The notes beneath the pieces were generated by a model. That model saw only the letters and a list, made by a program, of their open reading frames with translations, made no database searches and was not told the DNA's origin. A DNA stretch of 62,251 nt, filler included, from Candidatus Eiseniibacteriota bacterium (GTDB lineage: Bacteria > Orphanbacterota > Orphanbacteria > Orphanbacterales > Orphanbacteraceae): NCBI GenBank assembly GCA_043809585.1. It is 5 parts of 5 records of this genome, joined end to end, with 100 filler letters (N's around TTAATTAATTAA, not from the genome) between each part and the next. Parts side by side here need not be neighbours in the genome. Positions count along the whole stretch, not along the records: positions 16,483 to 33,712 come from JBDROZ010000060.1; positions 33,813 to 41,529 come from JBDROZ010000062.1; 3 more parts are not named here. The stretch is one strand, 5' to 3'. A program made the position numbers and the translations under genes. Shown one piece after another: positions 26,478-36,953 of this stretch. Positions within the stretch are counted from its first letter, which is position 1; each line of letters starts with the position of its first letter.

Positions 26478-28628
26478 ATGCCCCAGAAAACGATTCACTT
26501 CGCCATGGCCCTTCACGCGCACCAGCCGACGGGCAACTTCGACCACGTCTTCCGGGAGTCTTTCGAGAAGTGCTACGCCCCGCTCCTCGAGGAGCTGGAC
26601 CGGCATCCCGGCATTCCCATGACGCTCCATTACAGCGGCATCCTCCTCGAGTGGCTGGAGGAGAACGAGCCCGGCTACCTGGACCGCCTGAAGGGGATGG
26701 TCGGTCGGGGGCAGGTGGAACTCCTCGGGGGCGGCTTCGGCGAGCCGATCCTCGTCATGCTCTCCGACCGGGACCGCCTCGGCCAGATCCGGACGATGAG
26801 CGCGTGGCTCGAGAGGCGCTTCGGGGTCCGGCCCCGGGGGGCGTGGCTCACCGAGCGGGTCTGGGAGCAGTGTCTCGCCCACGATCTGGGGGAGGCGGGC
26901 GTCGAGTTCGCCATCGTCGACGACTCCCACTTCCGCCTCTCCGGCCTCCGGGACGAAGACCTGCTCGGGTCGTACGTCACCGAGGACCGGGGGCGGACGA
27001 TCCGGCTCTTCCCCTCGAGCGAGGCGCTCCGCTATCACATCCCTTTCCGGACCGTGGAGGAGACGATCGAATTCTTCGCTTCCCGGGCGACGACATCGGG
27101 GGACCGGCTCCTCGTCTACGGCGACGACACCGAGAAATTCGGCTCCTGGCCCGGCACCCATGAACATGTCTACGAGAGAGGATGGCTCTCCCGGTTCTTC
27201 ACGGCCCTCGAGGAGAACCGGGAGTGGCTCCGGGTCCACCGGCTCTCCGACACCCTGCCGATCCCGCCCCTCGGACGGGCGTACATTCCCGACGCGAGCT
27301 ACCGGGAGATGACCGAGTGGGCGCTCCCGACGAAGGCCCGGGAGGAGTTCGAGGCGCTCCGCCGCGATCTCGGCGAGTCGATGATGAAGCGGGCCGCCCC
27401 CTTCTTCCGGGGGGGGAACTGGAGGACCTTCCTCTCCAAGTATCCCGAGTCGGGCGAGATGTACGGCAAGATGATGGACGTGAGCCGCCGCGTGGCGGCC
27501 CTCCCGGAGGGGGATCCCGCGCGGGGGGAGGCGGAGAGGGAGCTCTACCGGGGGCAGACGAACTGCGCTTACTGGCACGGTGTCTTCGGCGGCCTCTATC
27601 TGCCCCACCTCCGGTTCGCCCTCTATCGGAAACTGATCGCCGCGGAGAACCTCGCCGACCGGGCGACCCGGGGGACGAAGAGCTGGGCCTCGGTGGAGAC
27701 CGGCGACTACGACTTCGACGGCGCCGACGAGGCCTGCCTCGGGTCGGACAAACTCGCGCTCTACCTGCACGCCCGCCGGGGGGGGCACGCGTGGGAAATC
27801 GACGACCGGGAGCGGGCCGTCAATCTCACCGCGGGAATGACCCGGCGGCGGGAGCCGTACCACGCCGAGGTGGCGGACGCGGCAACGCCCGCCGAGGGGG
27901 ACGTGGCGAGCATCCACGATCGTACGACGGCGAAAGAGGAGGGTCTCGAGGCCCTTCTCGTCTACGACCGGAACCGCCGGGAAAGCCTGGTCGATCACTT
28001 CTTCGCCCCCGGCGCGACCCTCGATGACGTCGCGGGGGCGGCGGATTCGGAGCGGGGGGACTTCCACTCGTCGCCGTACGAGATGAAGACGGCCGCCGGG
28101 AAGGGGGCCGCGTCGGTTCGCTTCGCCCGGAGCGGTTCGGTCCTTGTCGAGGGGGCGGGGGGGGCGCCCGCGCGCGTCGAACCCGTGCGCGTCGAAAAGG
28201 AAGTCACGCTGGAGCGGGGCGGGTCCGCCTTCACCGTACGCTACCTCGTCCGGAACGAGGGGAAGAAGCGACTGAAGACGGTATTCGCCGTCGAGTTCGC
28301 CTTCGCCCTCCTCGCCGGGAACGCGCCGGACCGCTATCTCCTCCGGGAAGGGGAGAACGTGGGGCCCCTCGAGAGCCGCCTCGATCTACCGGCGGCGAAG
28401 CGGTACTCCGCCCGGGACGAGTGGCTCGGCCTCGAGGCGGGGATCGTCCTGGAGAAGGAGGCGCCCGCCTGGATCTTCCCCATCATGACGGTCTCCCTCT
28501 CCGAAGGGGGATTCGAAGCGGTGTACCAGAGCACGATCGTTCTTCCCCGCTGGAAACTGGAACTGGGGGCCGGCGAGGAGTGGAGTGTCGCGATCGAGCA
28601 CTTCCTCATCCCGGCGAAACGGGGCTGA
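26478..28628 (+). CDS. GH57 4-alpha-glucanotransferase / alpha-amylase
   Basis: HAHQPTGNF, GAWLTERVWE, YGDDTEKFG, SYREMTEW, YWHGVFGGLYLPHLR, SLSEGGFEAVYQ. Confidence 0.92.
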   Translation: MPQKTIHFAMALHAHQPTGNFDHVFRESFEKCYAPLLEELDRHPGIPMTLHYSGILLEWLEENEPGYLDRLKGMVGRGQVELLGGGFGEPILVMLSDRDRLGQIRTMSAWLERRFGVRPRGAWLTERVWEQCLAHDLGEAGVEFAIVDDSHFRLSGLRDEDLLGSYVTEDRGRTIRLFPSSEALRYHIPFRTVEETIEFFASRATTSGDRLLVYGDDTEKFGSWPGTHEHVYERGWLSRFFTALEENREWLRVHRLSDTLPIPPLGRAYIPDASYREMTEWALPTKAREEFEALRRDLGESMMKRAAPFFRGGNWRTFLSKYPESGEMYGKMMDVSRRVAALPEGDPARGEAERELYRGQTNCAYWHGVFGGLYLPHLRFALYRKLIAAENLADRATRGTKSWASVETGDYDFDGADEACLGSDKLALYLHARRGGHAWEIDDRERAVNLTAGMTRRREPYHAEVADAATPAEGDVASIHDRTTAKEEGLEALLVYDRNRRESLVDHFFAPGATLDDVAGAADSERGDFHSSPYEMKTAAGKGAASVRFARSGSVLVEGAGGAPARVEPVRVEKEVTLERGGSAFTVRYLVRNEGKKRLKTVFAVEFAFALLAGNAPDRYLLREGENVGPLESRLDLPAAKRYSARDEWLGLEAGIVLEKEAPAWIFPIMTVSLSEGGFEAVYQSTIVLPRWKLELGAGEEWSVAIEHFLIPAKRG

Positions 28629-28654
28629 TCCGAGGCGGGAGACGGGGGACGCAG

Positions 28655-31102
28655 TTGGCGAAGAAGCGCAAGTCCGATGGCGACATCTACCTGATTCTCC
28701 ACGGGCACTTCTATCAGCCCCCCCGGGACAACCCGTGGCTCCGGGTCATCGAGACCCAGGAGAGCGCCTCCCCTCACCACGACTGGAACGCCCGGATCCA
28801 CGCCGAGTGTTACCGCCCGAACATCCGCTCCCGCCGCATGGACGGCGACGGGCGGATCCGGGACATCGTCAACAATCTCGAGCAGATCAGCTTCAACTTC
28901 GGACCGACCCTGCTCACGTGGATCGAGCGGGAAGACCCGGAGGTGTACGAGAGGATTCTGGAGGCGGACCGGAAGAGCGCCGCGGCGAGGGGCGGCCACG
29001 GGAACGCGATCGCCCAAGCGTACCACCACGTCATTCTCCCCCTCGCGGGGCGGGAAGACCGGCGCCTCCAGATCCGGTGGGGATTGGGGGATTTCGAGCG
29101 CCGCTTCGGACGGAAGTCGGAAGGGCTCTGGCTTCCGGAGACGGCGATTCACGGCGGCGCGGCGATCGACCTCGCCCGCGCGGGGATCCGGTTTCTCCTT
29201 CTCTCCCCCCATCAGGCCGGGGCTTTTCGCCCGATCGGGGGAGAGGCGTGGGCGGACGTCACGGACGGTTCCATCGACCCCCGCCGCCCGTACCGCCTCT
29301 TTCCCGACCCGGAAGACCCCGCCCTCTCGATCGACGTCTTCTTCTACGACGGGGGGCTCGCGACGGGGATCAGCTTCGAGCACTTTCTCCGGAACGCGGA
29401 CGATTTGGGGCGCCGGCTTCGGGCCTCGGCGGGGGCGCCCGACTTCGGCCCCCGGCTCGTGAGCGTGGCGACCGACGGCGAGGTGTACGGCCACCACGAG
29501 CCTTTCGCCGACATGTGCCTGGCCGCCCTCTACGGCGGCGTCACCGAGCGGGAGGGGCTGACGCCGACGAACCCGGGCGAGTACCTCGATCTGGTGCCGC
29601 CGGTCCACGAGGTGGCTCTGAAACCGGGGCCGGAGGGGGAAGGGACGGCGTGGAGCTGCGCCCACGGCGTCGGCCGCTGGTACCGGGACTGCGGGTGCGC
29701 CATGGCGCCGAAGCCCGGCTGGACCCAGCAGTGGCGGACCCCTTTCCGGGAGGCGGTGGACGGTCTCCGGAGCGACCTCGGCGCGATCTTCGACGTCGAG
29801 GGGGGGCGGATCTTCACCGAACCCGCGGAGGCCCTCGGCCGGTTCGTCCGCGCCCGGGGGGAGGCGACGGAGCCCAGCTGGCGGGTCTTCCTCGAGGAGC
29901 AGGGGAGGCCGGACGTCGGCTTCGACGACGGCGGGGCGGAGAGGGCTTATCTTCTCCTCGAGATGATGTACGGCGCGGAGCGGATGGCGACGAGCTGCGG
30001 CTGGTTCTTCGACGACGTGGCGGGCATCGAGGCGTCCCAGAACCTCATGTTCGCCGGCCACGCCATCGACCTCGCGCGGACGCTCGATCCGGAGAGGGCT
30101 TCTTCGGCGGAGAACCGGTTCCGGAAGAAGATGCGCGCCGCCCGATCGAATGTGCCGGAGGAAGGGGATGGGCAGAGCGTCTTCGACGAGCGGACGGCGG
30201 GGGCCCGGGCGACGCTCGACGACTGGGTCGCCTTCGCGGCCACGGCGCGGCTCCTCGACGTGGACGTGCCGGAGCGCCTTCTCGGCGGGCGCCGCATGGA
30301 GGCGGAGGGGGAGGAGCGATGGAAGGGGGAACGGTTCCGGGCCCTCCGGGGCGTGATCCGGGTGAGGGAGTTTTTCTATCGCAGCCCTGAGGATCGCCGC
30401 TTCCTCGCCGTTCTCGGGGTCGGGCCCCGGGTGGCGGTCTGGGTGGGCGATCCGGAAATGGATACGTCGGTGGTGGAGAGGGCGTCGGACATGGAGGATG
30501 TGGAGGGGATGATGCCCTTCGCGCCCCGGCGTCTCGTCGACCTGCCCGGCGAACTCCGCCGCCTTCTCGTCGACGATCTGGTGGAGGAGGAGAAGAGGAC
30601 GTTCGTGGACGAGGAGGAGGCGTTCTTCGGTTGGATCGGCGCCCTCGCGACGCTGATCGAGAGGGCGGGGCTCACGGGACCTCCATGGTTCCGGCGAAGC
30701 GTCCCGCTGCTTCTCGAGCGGCGGCTCCGCCGGGCGGTGGCGGCGCTCCTCCGGCCGGGCCCGGACGGGGATCGGGAGGCCACGCTCGGTGAGATGAAGG
30801 ATACGCGCCGCCTCGCGGAGCGTTTCGGGGTGGAGGTGGACGCGTCGGTGATCGAGGAGGATGTGGGGGGTGAGGCGCTCCGCCGTCTTCGTCTCCGGCG
30901 GGAGGGGGATCCGGAAGCGTCGGCCGCTTCGGCCCTCGAGATCCTCCGGGCCGTCTCGGACAACGGCTTCCCCGTCCTCGGCCTCGGCGAACTTCAAGAC
31001 GAGTTCTTCGATCAGCTGAAGAGCGGGATCGGCACGCCGCTCAGAGAGCAGTCCCGCGACCTCGGTTTGTGGTTGGACTTCTCGCCCTCGATTCTCGGGT
31101 AA
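28655..31102 (+). CDS. GH57-family glycoside hydrolase (DUF3536-type)
   Basis: HGHFYQPPRDNPW, SFNFGPTL, WLPETA, ATDGEVYGHH, WSCAHGVGRW, SCGWFFDD; TTG start after GGGGGA. Confidence 0.9.
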   Translation: MAKKRKSDGDIYLILHGHFYQPPRDNPWLRVIETQESASPHHDWNARIHAECYRPNIRSRRMDGDGRIRDIVNNLEQISFNFGPTLLTWIEREDPEVYERILEADRKSAAARGGHGNAIAQAYHHVILPLAGREDRRLQIRWGLGDFERRFGRKSEGLWLPETAIHGGAAIDLARAGIRFLLLSPHQAGAFRPIGGEAWADVTDGSIDPRRPYRLFPDPEDPALSIDVFFYDGGLATGISFEHFLRNADDLGRRLRASAGAPDFGPRLVSVATDGEVYGHHEPFADMCLAALYGGVTEREGLTPTNPGEYLDLVPPVHEVALKPGPEGEGTAWSCAHGVGRWYRDCGCAMAPKPGWTQQWRTPFREAVDGLRSDLGAIFDVEGGRIFTEPAEALGRFVRARGEATEPSWRVFLEEQGRPDVGFDDGGAERAYLLLEMMYGAERMATSCGWFFDDVAGIEASQNLMFAGHAIDLARTLDPERASSAENRFRKKMRAARSNVPEEGDGQSVFDERTAGARATLDDWVAFAATARLLDVDVPERLLGGRRMEAEGEERWKGERFRALRGVIRVREFFYRSPEDRRFLAVLGVGPRVAVWVGDPEMDTSVVERASDMEDVEGMMPFAPRRLVDLPGELRRLLVDDLVEEEKRTFVDEEEAFFGWIGALATLIERAGLTGPPWFRRSVPLLLERRLRRAVAALLRPGPDGDREATLGEMKDTRRLAERFGVEVDASVIEEDVGGEALRRLRLRREGDPEASAASALEILRAVSDNGFPVLGLGELQDEFFDQLKSGIGTPLREQSRDLGLWLDFSPSILG

Positions 31103-31113
31103 ACTCCCACTCA

Positions 31114-31160
31114 CTCCGAAGCCATATCTTCCTCGGACTCCTCCTCTGCACCCTGGAATG
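31114..31160 (-). repeat. Family B 3'-end fragment
   Basis: TTCCTCGGACTCCTCCTCTGCACCCTGGAATG is the near-exact reverse complement of 12450-12481. Confidence 0.75.
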
Positions 31161-31190
31161 AAGATTCTCGCGCGCGATACCCTCCCGGAG

Positions 31191-31502
31191 GGGGCCCTCG
31201 GGGGTTTTCCCGGCAGGACACGGTAGAGTACGGGCAGGTCCTGACCGCTCCTGTCCACTGCGGTGCTCGGCAGTCGCGGCTTTGTCCTCGATGGTCCGAT
31301 TCTCGTGAACCGCACGTATCGTCTTCTGCTGATGCTTGGGTCCATCGGGATCTGGCGCTTGGTACCTGCGCGCCTCGTGGACTCCTGTCGCGGCCACCCG
31401 CCCGTGGCGGGGAGTCTTCAGCAAGGACTACCGAGGGAGAGATCCTCCCTCCCCGTTCGTCCTGAGTAGGACCGAAGGTCCGTATCGAAGGGCGGGCCGG
31501 GG
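31191..31502. repeat. Structured intergenic repeat family C, copy 2
   Basis: Same flanking blocks as 11795-12102 around a different, self-complementary core. Confidence 0.75.
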
Positions 31503-31561
31503 GAAAGGCACCTCCCCACTTGTGATATACTTAATGCGTAACTTCTTACCCCCGAGGTGCC

Positions 31562-32749
31562 GTGGTGCATCGAGCCGTCCTTATCGTTGCTGCGTTTCTC
31601 CTCATCGCCTGGATGCCCGCCCTCGCCACGACCTGGTATGTCCTCCCCGATTCCACCGGTGATGCGCCGACCATTCAGGCGGCGATTGATTCGAGTTCGG
31701 ATGGGGACACGGTGCTGGTGGCGGCGGGGACGTATTACGTTAATCTGGTAATCCTGTTGAAGGCCAACATCAGTCTCATCGGGGAATCGGGGCCGGAGTG
31801 GACGATCCTAGATGGGACTTATCCGACGGGTGGAGCGCAGAGCAGAAGGGTCGTCATTCGCGCTCAGGGATCCGACAATCTCTTAATCGAAGGCTTCACG
31901 ATCCGTGAAGGAAGGCCGAACGGGTATCATGCGTTCTATGGGGGTGGCATACATGTATACGAGGGGCGATGCACGATTCGGGGGAACATCCTTCGTGACA
32001 ATGAAAACACGTTTGGGGCCGCCATATGTTTTGGATGGAGATCGTCGGAAACGGGGGGATCTGTAATCGAGGAAAACTGGGTTGCCGACAATCTCTCAGA
32101 TACTTGTGTCGCTGGTGCTTACATGGAGGGTATTGAAGGGCCGATCTGGGTCAGAAACAACGTCTTCACCGGAAATGTGGGCAGGTATGCTGCCGTGAGA
32201 TCATTAGACACTGAGCTGTTCGTCCAAGCGAACTTGTGCACGGCAAATGTAGCGGAGAAATACTGCGTGAGGAACGAGTACGGGGTCTTTTGGGCTGAGG
32301 GCAACCTCTTGATTCATAATGATGCGTCGGGCATTGCGAGCCGTGAGGGGACTATTCGGGGAAACACATGTGTGGAGAATACGGGCTATGGCCTTGTTGT
32401 GGGTTACGGGAATCTCTACAACAACATCTCTGCAGGGAATGGCCTTGATGGCATTAGCGCCTATAACGCGGGCAATGTAACCTGCAATGATTCCTGGGGT
32501 AATGGAGGACAGGAATATTCCTTTCTCGGGACGATCTCAGATACCACCGGGAATAATTCTGCCGATCCTCTTTTCTGCAATCCCCTAGCGGGCGACTACT
32601 CCATCGCCTCCGAATCTCCTTGCGCTCCGGGGAATTCGGGCGGCTGCGGCCTGATCGGGGCACTCCCGGTCGGGTGCACGGCAACTTCGGTGCCGGCCGG
32701 TTCCTTCGAGCCCTCCTCTTGGGGAAGGGTGAAGAAGCTGTTCAGGTGA
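31562..32749 (+). CDS. Secreted right-handed beta-helix protein with C-terminal 'SWGRVKKLFR' tail
   Basis: Signal peptide, TIQAAID...GDTVLVAAGTY, IEGFTI..G, Asn-rich repeats, ADPLFC, SPC...CGLIGA. Visibly lower GC than neighbours. Confidence 0.85.
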   Translation: MVHRAVLIVAAFLLIAWMPALATTWYVLPDSTGDAPTIQAAIDSSSDGDTVLVAAGTYYVNLVILLKANISLIGESGPEWTILDGTYPTGGAQSRRVVIRAQGSDNLLIEGFTIREGRPNGYHAFYGGGIHVYEGRCTIRGNILRDNENTFGAAICFGWRSSETGGSVIEENWVADNLSDTCVAGAYMEGIEGPIWVRNNVFTGNVGRYAAVRSLDTELFVQANLCTANVAEKYCVRNEYGVFWAEGNLLIHNDASGIASREGTIRGNTCVENTGYGLVVGYGNLYNNISAGNGLDGISAYNAGNVTCNDSWGNGGQEYSFLGTISDTTGNNSADPLFCNPLAGDYSIASESPCAPGNSGGCGLIGALPVGCTATSVPAGSFEPSSWGRVKKLFR

Positions 32750-33712
32750 GTGCCCAGCTAAGGGTGCGTCTTTCTAGTCGGCTGGAAGGTGCCGACCGGG
32801 GCAACTGTCTGTCAGCCCCGTAGCGAGGGGTCGGGGTCGGAGCGGTGACGCGCCGGGCCTAAGCGATCCGACGAAGTCTCTTCAAGGAGGCGACGCGAAC
32901 CGGCAGGCCGTAACGCGAGTGAACCTACATGTAGCCTCGTTAGCTTCCATTGAGGAGGGCGACCCGCTATCTGAACGGGGAAGCCAGCACCTCGGGGTCT
33001 AGGACAGACGAACTCCCGAGGCTCCTCCGGGGTCTCAGGGGCGGCATGCCGGGACAGAGGACGCATCAACTGGGGAGGCCCTTTTCGGCCCTTGTGCGAG
33101 CAAGGAGGAGACCCACGGTATAAGGCGGAGCCGAAATCCGTGGGAGCCGGGGAGGGAGTCGGATGGGGCCATAGTACCGTTGATTCCGGAGACAACAGAA
33201 CTCCGGAGGAGGGAAGGGCCCCTGCTGTGGGTGTTTCGGAAGAAGGTCAGGATGAGCGCATTGCGAGAGCTGGAAAGCGCGGACAAGGTTCGGGACCTTC
33301 GGAAGAAGCTAGGGGCGAAGGCGGCGGCGAATTCCACGTTCCGCTTCTACGCTCTCTACGACAAGATTCATCGGTGGGATGTACTGTCCGAAGCGTGGCG
33401 TCGCGTGCGTGCGAACGGCGGGGCTCCCGGTGTGGACGGCGTGACGATCGACGAGATCCGGTCGAGGGGAGAGCGGGAGTTCCTCGCGGAACTTCAAGAG
33501 GAACTGCGCGCGAAGCGGTACGAGCCGCAGCCGGTACGTCGGGAGTACATCCCGAAGCCGGATGGGCGACTCCGGCCCTTGGGAATTCCCTGTGTTCGCG
33601 ACCGGGTGGTCCAGCAAGCCGCGTTGATGGTGATCGAGCCGATCTTCGAGGCGGACTTCACGGATGCGAGTTGGGGATTTCGACCGGGGCGGGGCGCACA
33701 GAAGGCGGTGGC
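32748..33712 (+). mobile_element. Group II intron (IIB-like, EBS1+EBS2), 5' portion, truncated by the gap
   Basis: 5' end GAGTGCCCAGCTAAGGGTGCG. DI basal stem GTGCGTC/GACGCAT, then AACTGGGGAGG. DIII-like GGAGTCGGATGGGGCCATAGTACC...GGAGGGAAGGGCCCCTG. EBS1/EBS2 complementary to the flanking exon. RT ORF follows. Confidence 0.92.
33252..33712 (+). CDS. ltrA: Group II intron reverse transcriptase/maturase, N-terminal part
   Basis: [55 protein letters not shown]...SWGFRPGR; cut before YADD. Confidence 0.93.
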
Positions 33713-33812
33713 NNNNNNNNNNNNNNNNNNNNNNNNNNNNNNNNNNNNNNNNNNNNTTAATTAATTAANNNNNNNNNNNNNNNNNNNNNNNNNNNNNNNN
33801 NNNNNNNNNNNN
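33713..33812. other. Artificial contig linker
   Basis: N44-TTAATTAATTAA-N44. Confidence 0.97.
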
Positions 33813-33972
33813 TCCGTCACGAGGGCTCGGATCGCCTGACGAGAAGCTGACTTGGACGAGCCGCCACCGGAGGCGTAGTCATGCACTACGTCGAGGAGGC
33901 GGCGACGGAAAGGAGGCTTCGCAGGCGGCGATCCGAGATCGCAGTAGGAGATTCGTGCATAATCCAGGCTAG
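33813..33972 (-). mobile_element. Family A repeat, inverted, truncated by gap
   Basis: Reverse complement of most of 6933-7115 with few substitutions; ends in TGCATAATCCAGGCTAG. Confidence 0.85.
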
Positions 33973-34000
33973 GATGTAAGGAAGAGAGGCGGTTCGAAGA

Positions 34001-35452
34001 ATGAGCGACAAGAAGGGGACGCGGATCGAGCGGGATTCCCTCGGCGAGGTGACGGTTCCGGGCGATGCGCTGTACGGCGCCCAGACCGTGCGGGCGGCGC
34101 GGAACTTCCCCGTCTCCGGCCTCCGCCCGTGGCGCGCCTTCATCCGGTCCATGGCGTCGATCAAGCGGGCGGCGGCGGACGTGAACCGCGATCTCGGCCT
34201 CCTGGACCCGGAAAGGGCCGGCGCCATCGCGAAGGCGGCGGAAGAGGTGGAGGCCGGGATGTGGGACGACCAGTTCGTGGTCGACCCGTTCCAGGCGGGC
34301 GCCGGGACGAGCCATCACATGAACGTGAACGAAGTGATCGCCAACCGGGCGACGGTTCTCCTGGGCGGGAAGCCGGGCGAGTACCGGGTCCACCCGAACG
34401 ATCACGTCAACATGGCCCAGTCGACGAACGACACGATCCCGACGGCGATCCGACTCGGCTGTCTCTGGCGGTTGGACGAACTGCTCGGCGCCCTGCGGAG
34501 GCTCGCCTCCGCCCTTCGCGAGAAGGCGGACGAGTTCGACGGCGTCGTGAAGTCGGGGCGCACCCACCTTCAGGACGCGGTGCCGGTCCGGCTCGGCCAG
34601 GAATTCGGCGCCTACGCCACGGCCGTGGAGCGGGACGCCGGGCGGATCGAGGCGGCGGCCGCCGGCCTCCGGCGCATCGGTATCGGCGGCACCGCCGCGG
34701 GGACCGGCCTGAACGCCCATCCCGAGTACCACGCCCGCATGGTGAAGCGCCTCGGCGAGATCACGGGGCTCGGGCTCCAGGAGTCCGACGACCTCTTCGA
34801 GTCGATGCAGTCCCTTGCCGACGCGGCCCACTTCAGCGCCTCCCTCCGCACCCTCGCCCTCACGCTGATCCGGATCGCGAACGACTTCCGCCTCCTCTCG
34901 AGCGGGCCCTCCACGGGCCTTGACGAGATCCGGCTTCCGGCGGTGCAGCCGGGTTCTTCCATCATGCCGGGCAAGGTGAACCCGGTCCTCGCGGAGATGC
35001 TCGACCAGGCCATGTTCCACGTCATCGGCTGCGATACGACGGTCGCCCTCGCCGCCCAGGCGGGGCAGCTCGAGCTGAACGTGATGATGCCGGTCCTCGC
35101 CCACAACCTTTTCGAGGCGATGCAGGTCGTGATCGGCTCGGTGAACGCCTTCACCGAGAAGTGCGTGAAGGGGGTCCGGGCGAACCGGGAGAAGGCGGAG
35201 GGGTGGCTTTCGAAGAACGCCGTCGTCGTCACCGCTCTCAATCCCCTCATCGGATACAAGCAGGGGGCGGAGCTCGTCAAGGAAGCGGTGGCGAAGAACC
35301 TCTCCATCCGTGACCTCGCCGTGAGCCGCGCGAAGGCCGGGGCATTGAAGCGCCTGGGCGAAGACCGCCCGGTCTCGGCGGAGGAAGTCGAGAACGCTCT
35401 GTCCGATCTCAGAAAACTGACGGACGGGGGAATCGTGGGAGAGTGGCCTTGA
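34001..35452 (+). CDS. aspA: Aspartate ammonia-lyase / class II fumarase family
   Basis: RIERDSLGE, YGAQT.RA..NF, QAGAGTS, HPNDHVN..QSTND, GRTHLQDA, GSSIMPGKVNP. aspA versus fumC not resolved. Confidence 0.85.
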   Translation: MSDKKGTRIERDSLGEVTVPGDALYGAQTVRAARNFPVSGLRPWRAFIRSMASIKRAAADVNRDLGLLDPERAGAIAKAAEEVEAGMWDDQFVVDPFQAGAGTSHHMNVNEVIANRATVLLGGKPGEYRVHPNDHVNMAQSTNDTIPTAIRLGCLWRLDELLGALRRLASALREKADEFDGVVKSGRTHLQDAVPVRLGQEFGAYATAVERDAGRIEAAAAGLRRIGIGGTAAGTGLNAHPEYHARMVKRLGEITGLGLQESDDLFESMQSLADAAHFSASLRTLALTLIRIANDFRLLSSGPSTGLDEIRLPAVQPGSSIMPGKVNPVLAEMLDQAMFHVIGCDTTVALAAQAGQLELNVMMPVLAHNLFEAMQVVIGSVNAFTEKCVKGVRANREKAEGWLSKNAVVVTALNPLIGYKQGAELVKEAVAKNLSIRDLAVSRAKAGALKRLGEDRPVSAEEVENALSDLRKLTDGGIVGEWP

Positions 35453-35513
35453 TCCAGCACAAAATCGCGCGAGCGTCAGCGATTTGCACCGGGATTTTTT
35501 GCCGGATTAAGGT
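35447..35513. repeat. MITE-like family D, internally deleted mini copy between convergent genes
   Basis: CCTTGATCCAGCACAAAATC...GATTTTTTGCCGGATTAAGG imperfect inverted ends; 35464-35513 matches the reverse complement of 41376-41425 at 49/50 nt. Confidence 0.8.
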
Positions 35514-35516
35514 CAG

Positions 35517-36953
35517 TTACCCGCTCACCAACCTCCACACCTGGGCCACGAGAAACGTCATCACGAATCCCATCGCCACGGGCAGGAGCGTCGCGACGAC
35601 GGTCCACCTGCGGCTCCCCGTCTCCTTGAAGATCGTGTAGATCGTCGTGCTGCACGGATTATGGAGGAGACTGAACAGCATCAGATTGACGGCGGTGAGC
35701 AGCGTCCACCCTCCCGCGTGGAAGAGGGCGAGGGTGTCCTGGCGCGAGTCGAGTTCGAACATGACACCCGCCCCCTGCCCCAAGTCGTGGGAGCCGGTGA
35801 CGAGGACCGTGAGCATCAGGATCGTGGGCACGACGATCTCGTTCGCCGGGATCGCCACGATGTAGGCGACGAGGATCACGCCGTTCAATCCGAGGAAGAG
35901 CCCGAACGGATCGAGGGAGCCGACCAGGTGCCCGGCCAGGCTCTCCCCCCCGATCCGGATGTTGGAGATGAGCCAGATGACGCCCCCCGCCGGAAGGGCG
36001 AAGACGACCGCCCGCCAGAGAACGAAGAGAGTGCGGTCGATCAGGGATGTGTAGATCGTTCGGAGAATGCGCGGCGGCCGGTAGGGGGGCAGTTCGAGGC
36101 TGAACGTCGAAACCTGCCCCCGGAGCCATGTGCGCGAGAGGAACCACGACACGATCAGGCTGAAGATGACGCCGAGGAGCGCCACGGCCACCACCGAGAG
36201 GGCCGAGATCATGCCGGCGAGATGGGCGGGCACGAGGGCCCCCATGAAGAGGGAGGCGAGGAGGATCTGGGTCGGCCACCGGCCGTTGCAGAGGGCGAAG
36301 TTGTTCGTGATGATGGCGATCAACCGTTCCCTCTGGCTGTCGATGATGCGCGTCGCGATCACCCCCGCCGCGTTGCACCCGAACCCCATCATCATGCTGA
36401 GCGATTGCTTCCCGTGGGCGCCGACGCGCCGGAAGAAGTTGTCCAGGTTAAAGGCCACCCGCGGGAGGTAGCCGAAATCCTCGAGCAGCGTGAAGAGGGG
36501 GAAGAAGATCGCCATGGGGGGGAGCATGACGCTCACCACCCACGCCGTGGCGAGGTACATGCCGTCGACCAGGAGGCCCGAGAGCCACCAGGGGAAATGG
36601 GCCCCCTCCGCGAGCCCCTTCAGGAAGGGATGCCCCCGGTCGAGCAGGACCGACGCGATCCAAGCCGACGGGACGTTGGCCCCCGAGATGGTGACCCAGA
36701 ACACGAGAGTGAAGAGCAGGAGCATGAGGGGGAAGCCCCAGAGCCGGCTCGTCACGAGGCGGTCGATGGTCCGGTCGAGGTCGAATCCCGGCTTCCCACC
36801 TCCCGCAGTGACGGCCCGTCCCGCGAGCCGGGCCGCCTCGGTGTAGACGGTTTCCATCAACTGCTCGTGAAAGTCGGCCCCCAGTTCCCAGCGCAGGTTC
36901 TCGGCGGTGGCGAGGACTTCCTCCCGGAGGTCGCGGCGGGGCGATTCCATCAA
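35517..36953 (-). CDS. feoB: Ferrous iron transporter FeoB, membrane half (split FeoB)
   Basis: [48 protein letters not shown]. Confidence 0.93.
   Translation of the reverse strand: MMESPRRDLREEVLATAENLRWELGADFHEQLMETVYTEAARLAGRAVTAGGGKPGFDLDRTIDRLVTSRLWGFPLMLLLFTLVFWVTISGANVPSAWIASVLLDRGHPFLKGLAEGAHFPWWLSGLLVDGMYLATAWVVSVMLPPMAIFFPLFTLLEDFGYLPRVAFNLDNFFRRVGAHGKQSLSMMMGFGCNAAGVIATRIIDSQRERLIAIITNNFALCNGRWPTQILLASLFMGALVPAHLAGMISALSVVAVALLGVIFSLIVSWFLSRTWLRGQVSTFSLELPPYRPPRILRTIYTSLIDRTLFVLWRAVVFALPAGGVIWLISNIRIGGESLAGHLVGSLDPFGLFLGLNGVILVAYIVAIPANEIVVPTILMLTVLVTGSHDLGQGAGVMFELDSRQDTLALFHAGGWTLLTAVNLMLFSLLHNPCSTTIYTIFKETGSRRWTVVATLLPVAMGFVMTFLVAQVWRLVSG

Noticed and set aside
33252..33712. 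RT as a retron, DGR or defence RT
   Set aside because: It has the RT0 region and flanking ribozyme domains of a group II intron; no TR/VR pair or msr-msd was seen.
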